From contig JBKJZR010000314.1 of the NCBI GenBank assembly GCA_046715035.1, forward strand, positions 1 through 56,768: a DNA stretch of 56,768 nt, in the 5' to 3' direction. A program made the translations under genes and the position numbers. Below the pieces are notes generated by a model. The model saw nothing but the letters and a program-made list of their open reading frames with translations, searched no databases and was not told the DNA's origin. Positions within the stretch are counted from its first letter, which is position 1; each line of letters starts with the position of its first letter. The stretch is from Burkholderiales bacterium. GTDB lineage: Bacteria; Pseudomonadota; Gammaproteobacteria; Burkholderiales; SG8-41. Below, one piece after another: positions 54,511 through 56,768 of this stretch.

Positions 54511-55638
54511 ATGGCGAGCCCGAGTCCCGCAAAGACCCTGACCGTACCGGAAACGATGAAAGCCTGGGTGCTGGGCAATCCCGACGAGCTCAAGCTCGTC
54601 GATAAGCCGGTGCCGCGGCCGGGCGCGGCGGAGGTGCTGGTGCGCATCGACGCGATCGCCGTCTGCGCGACCGATCTCGAAATCATCCATCAGGGTCCGC
54701 CCGCGCTGATTCAGGGCGGCGATCCTTTCAACAAGAACTTTACCCCGGGCCATGAGTACATGGGCACCGTGGTCAAGCTGGGTCCGGGCGTCGATGAGTT
54801 CGACGTCGGCGACCGCATCACCGTCGAGATACATGCCGGCTGCGGCCGCTGCGAGCGTTGCCGGGAAGGCATGTATACCGCGTGCACCAATTACGGCATG
54901 AATTATGGCGACCGCAACAAGGGGCACCGCGCCAACGGCTTTACGACCGACGGCGGATTCGCCCAGTATGCCGTCAACAACATCAACACCATGATCCACG
55001 TTCCCGACGACATGAGCGACGAAGAAGCGACGCTGGTCGTCACCGCCGGGACTGCGATGTATGGGCTGGATGTGATGGGCGGCCTGATCGCCGGTCAGAC
55101 GGTGGTGGTGATGGGGCCGGGACCGATCGGCCTGATGGGCGTGGGCGTGGCGAAGGCGCTGGGTGCGCAGCCCGTGATATTGACGGGCACGCGCGACAAC
55201 CGGCTCGCGATCGGCAGCAAGCTGGGCGCCGACCACGTCGTCAATGTGCGCAACGAGGATCCGGTCGAAGCGGTCAAACGCATCACGCACGGCAAGGGCG
55301 CCCATTACGTGCTCGAGTGCTCGGGGGCACCGGATGCGCTCAATGAAGCGGCGCGCATGCTGAACCGCGGCGGGCGCATCTGCCTGGCGGCCTTTCCGCA
55401 CGAACCCGCGCTCGTCGACGTCGCCTACCTGGTGCGCAACAACATCTATGTGTTCGGCATTCGCGGCGAAGGCAAGAGCGCGACCCATCGTGCCGCCGCA
55501 TTCATGCAGCAGAAGCGCTTCGACGCGAAGCTCATCCACACGCATACCTTCGGGCTCGACGAAGTGCCGACGGCGATCAAGTACGCGCGCGAGCGCATCG
55601 ACGACGCGATCAAGGTGGTCGTCAAAGTTCACTCGTAA
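54511..55638 (+). CDS. Zinc-dependent medium-chain alcohol/polyol dehydrogenase family protein
   Basis: It has the catalytic Zn ligands (CATD...GHEYMG), the structural Zn cluster CGRCERCREGMYTAC and the NAD Rossmann motif VVVMGPGPIGL. Length is 375 aa. Confidence 0.85.
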   Translation: MASPSPAKTLTVPETMKAWVLGNPDELKLVDKPVPRPGAAEVLVRIDAIAVCATDLEIIHQGPPALIQGGDPFNKNFTPGHEYMGTVVKLGPGVDEFDVGDRITVEIHAGCGRCERCREGMYTACTNYGMNYGDRNKGHRANGFTTDGGFAQYAVNNINTMIHVPDDMSDEEATLVVTAGTAMYGLDVMGGLIAGQTVVVMGPGPIGLMGVGVAKALGAQPVILTGTRDNRLAIGSKLGADHVVNVRNEDPVEAVKRITHGKGAHYVLECSGAPDALNEAARMLNRGGRICLAAFPHEPALVDVAYLVRNNIYVFGIRGEGKSATHRAAAFMQQKRFDAKLIHTHTFGLDEVPTAIKYARERIDDAIKVVVKVHS

Positions 55639-55705
55639 GCGCGGTTTTCTTGCCGTCAGCCGCATCCGACGCGGCGGCGGCACGCGACGAGAACGGGAAA
55701 ACCAG

Positions 55706-56689
55706 ATGGAACTGGCGAGAAGAGCGCAGCGCGCGCTCTGGCACGGTGTTGCGGCTGCGGTTTGCGCCTGGACGGCGGGCGTAGCGGCGCAGGAGGCATT
55801 TCCTGGCGGCCGTCTAATCGAGCTGACGGTCCTGTTTCCGGCAGGAACCTCGGCCGACGTGACCGCGAGAGTGCTTGCCGAAGGCATGTCGCGTCAGCTC
55901 AACACCAACATCGTGGTCGTCAACCGGCCGGGCGCCGGCGGCGCGATCGGCTATAAATACGCCGCCGGCCAGACCGCCAACGGCCACCACCTCGTCTGGA
56001 ACTCCAATTCGATCTCGACGACCTACCATTCCGGCACACTCGCCGTCGACTACAAAGCCTTCGAGCCGGTGGCCCAGGTGCAGGTGGAGACGCCGCTGCT
56101 CGTCGTCAAGTCCGACGCGCCGTGGAAGGACTTGCGCGAGCTGATCGCGCATGCGAAGTCCAATCCGGGGAGACTCACCGTCGGCAATTCAGGCGCCGGG
56201 AGCCATACGCATTTTTCGTCCGTCCTGCTGTTCCGGGCGGCTGGTGCCGAGGTCACCGATGTTCCGTACGGCGCTGCCCAGGTCGTGCCGAGCCTGCTCG
56301 GCGGCCATGTTCACGCCGTGGTGCAGTTGCCCGGCGCCCTGGTGAGCCACGTCAAGGCGGGCACGCTGCGTGTGCTCGCGGCGATGAGCGCGAAACGCGA
56401 CCCGTCGTTTCCCGAAACCGCGACTGCGCACGAACAGGGCGTGGCGATGGCCGCCGAACTGTGGCGCGGCATCGCCGTCCCCAAGGGCACGCCCAGGGCC
56501 GTCGTCGCCAGGCTCGAAGACGCGATCCGCAGGACGGTCGCCAGCCCCGACTTCTCCAAATCGAGCGAGCGGCTCGCGGTGACTCCGGCGTTCCTGCCCG
56601 CTGCCGAGTTCGGCAGGATCATCGCCAAAGAGGATGCCGAAATCGCGCAGGTGATGCAGTCGCTCGGGCTGAAGAAAAGTCCGGGCTAG
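55706..56689 (+). CDS. Bug/TctC-family tripartite tricarboxylate transporter periplasmic substrate-binding protein
   Basis: The ATG at 55706 gives a signal peptide (...AWTAGVAAQEAFP). Bug hallmarks follow: VVVNRPGAGGAIG, GNSGAGSHTHF and PYGAAQ. Length is 327 aa. The track ORF's upstream part overlaps the dehydrogenase gene. Confidence 0.85.
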   Translation: MELARRAQRALWHGVAAAVCAWTAGVAAQEAFPGGRLIELTVLFPAGTSADVTARVLAEGMSRQLNTNIVVVNRPGAGGAIGYKYAAGQTANGHHLVWNSNSISTTYHSGTLAVDYKAFEPVAQVQVETPLLVVKSDAPWKDLRELIAHAKSNPGRLTVGNSGAGSHTHFSSVLLFRAAGAEVTDVPYGAAQVVPSLLGGHVHAVVQLPGALVSHVKAGTLRVLAAMSAKRDPSFPETATAHEQGVAMAAELWRGIAVPKGTPRAVVARLEDAIRRTVASPDFSKSSERLAVTPAFLPAAEFGRIIAKEDAEIAQVMQSLGLKKSPG

Positions 56690-56702
56690 CCCTGCGGCGG
56701 AC

Positions 56703-56768
56703 GTGGACCTGATCGCGGTCAAGGATTACCTCACCGGGCTGCAACAGCGCGTCGTCGCTCGTCTCGCC
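56703..56768 (+). CDS. hemF: Possible 5' end of oxygen-dependent coproporphyrinogen III oxidase (only 22 codons visible)
   Basis: The GTG at 56703 gives VDLIAVKDYLTGLQQRVVARLA. This resembles the HemF N-terminal helix (V..YL.GLQ.RI...L), and purD-hemF adjacency occurs in related genomes. Support is very limited. Confidence 0.3.
   Translation, partial: MDLIAVKDYLTGLQQRVVARLA

Noticed and set aside
53326-55887. An 853-aa ORF on the minus strand, the longest unexplained ORF in the track.
   Set aside because: It runs antisense across the purD 3' end, the VOC-like gene and the dehydrogenase gene, including their intergenic gaps. Its composition is Arg/Ala/His/Gly-skewed with no recognisable motifs. 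The plus-strand genes, by contrast, carry clear family signatures. It is a typical shadow ORF in high-GC DNA.

Overview
This is a high-GC (roughly 65%) stretch of core chromosome with beta-proteobacterial-type gene order. It is almost fully packed with recognisable housekeeping genes. In order: atpD(partial)-atpC, glpD, glmU-glmS; a minus-strand operon argS-SPOR-dsbA-dsbA-SDR; priA; hemE; gltB-gltD; a dGTPase-like gene; pilMNOPQ-aroK-aroB, divergent from PBP1A (mrcA); a 200-aa hypothetical; hemB; engB divergent from cytochrome c4; thiD-thiE-hemL; rubredoxin-gloA; lptD-surA-pdxA-rsmA, divergent from amgK-murU; pepP-ubiH; dusB-fis-purH-purD. A small accessory trio follows (VOC-fold protein, Zn-dependent dehydrogenase, Bug/TctC binding protein), then a probable hemF start at the window edge. 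I found no rRNA, tRNA, CRISPR array, transposase, integrase, phage gene or recognisable defence system. I do not see a convincing novel multi-gene system and prefer to say so. The strongest anomaly is an in-frame, roughly 59-codon insertion made of four GC-rich hairpins inside the essential purH gene. Lesser anomalies: (1) a terminator-like hairpin inside the predicted gltBD leader, next to a perfect 14-bp palindrome; (2) a small DnaA-box cluster in the AT-rich priA-hemE spacer; (3) an SDR gene whose Rossmann motif lies upstream of any ATG/GTG/TTG codon and is in frame with the dsbA stop; (4) tandem dsbA paralogues; (5) a decayed duplicate of the murU 5' end that forms an overlapping uORF; (6) a structured 152-bp surA-pdxA spacer; (7) an orphan plus-strand terminator between hemB and engB. 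The ORF track appears to take the longest ATG/GTG/TTG ORF, so I shortened several starts using conserved N-termini. The many long antisense or alternate-frame ORFs are high-GC shadow ORFs and are rejected.
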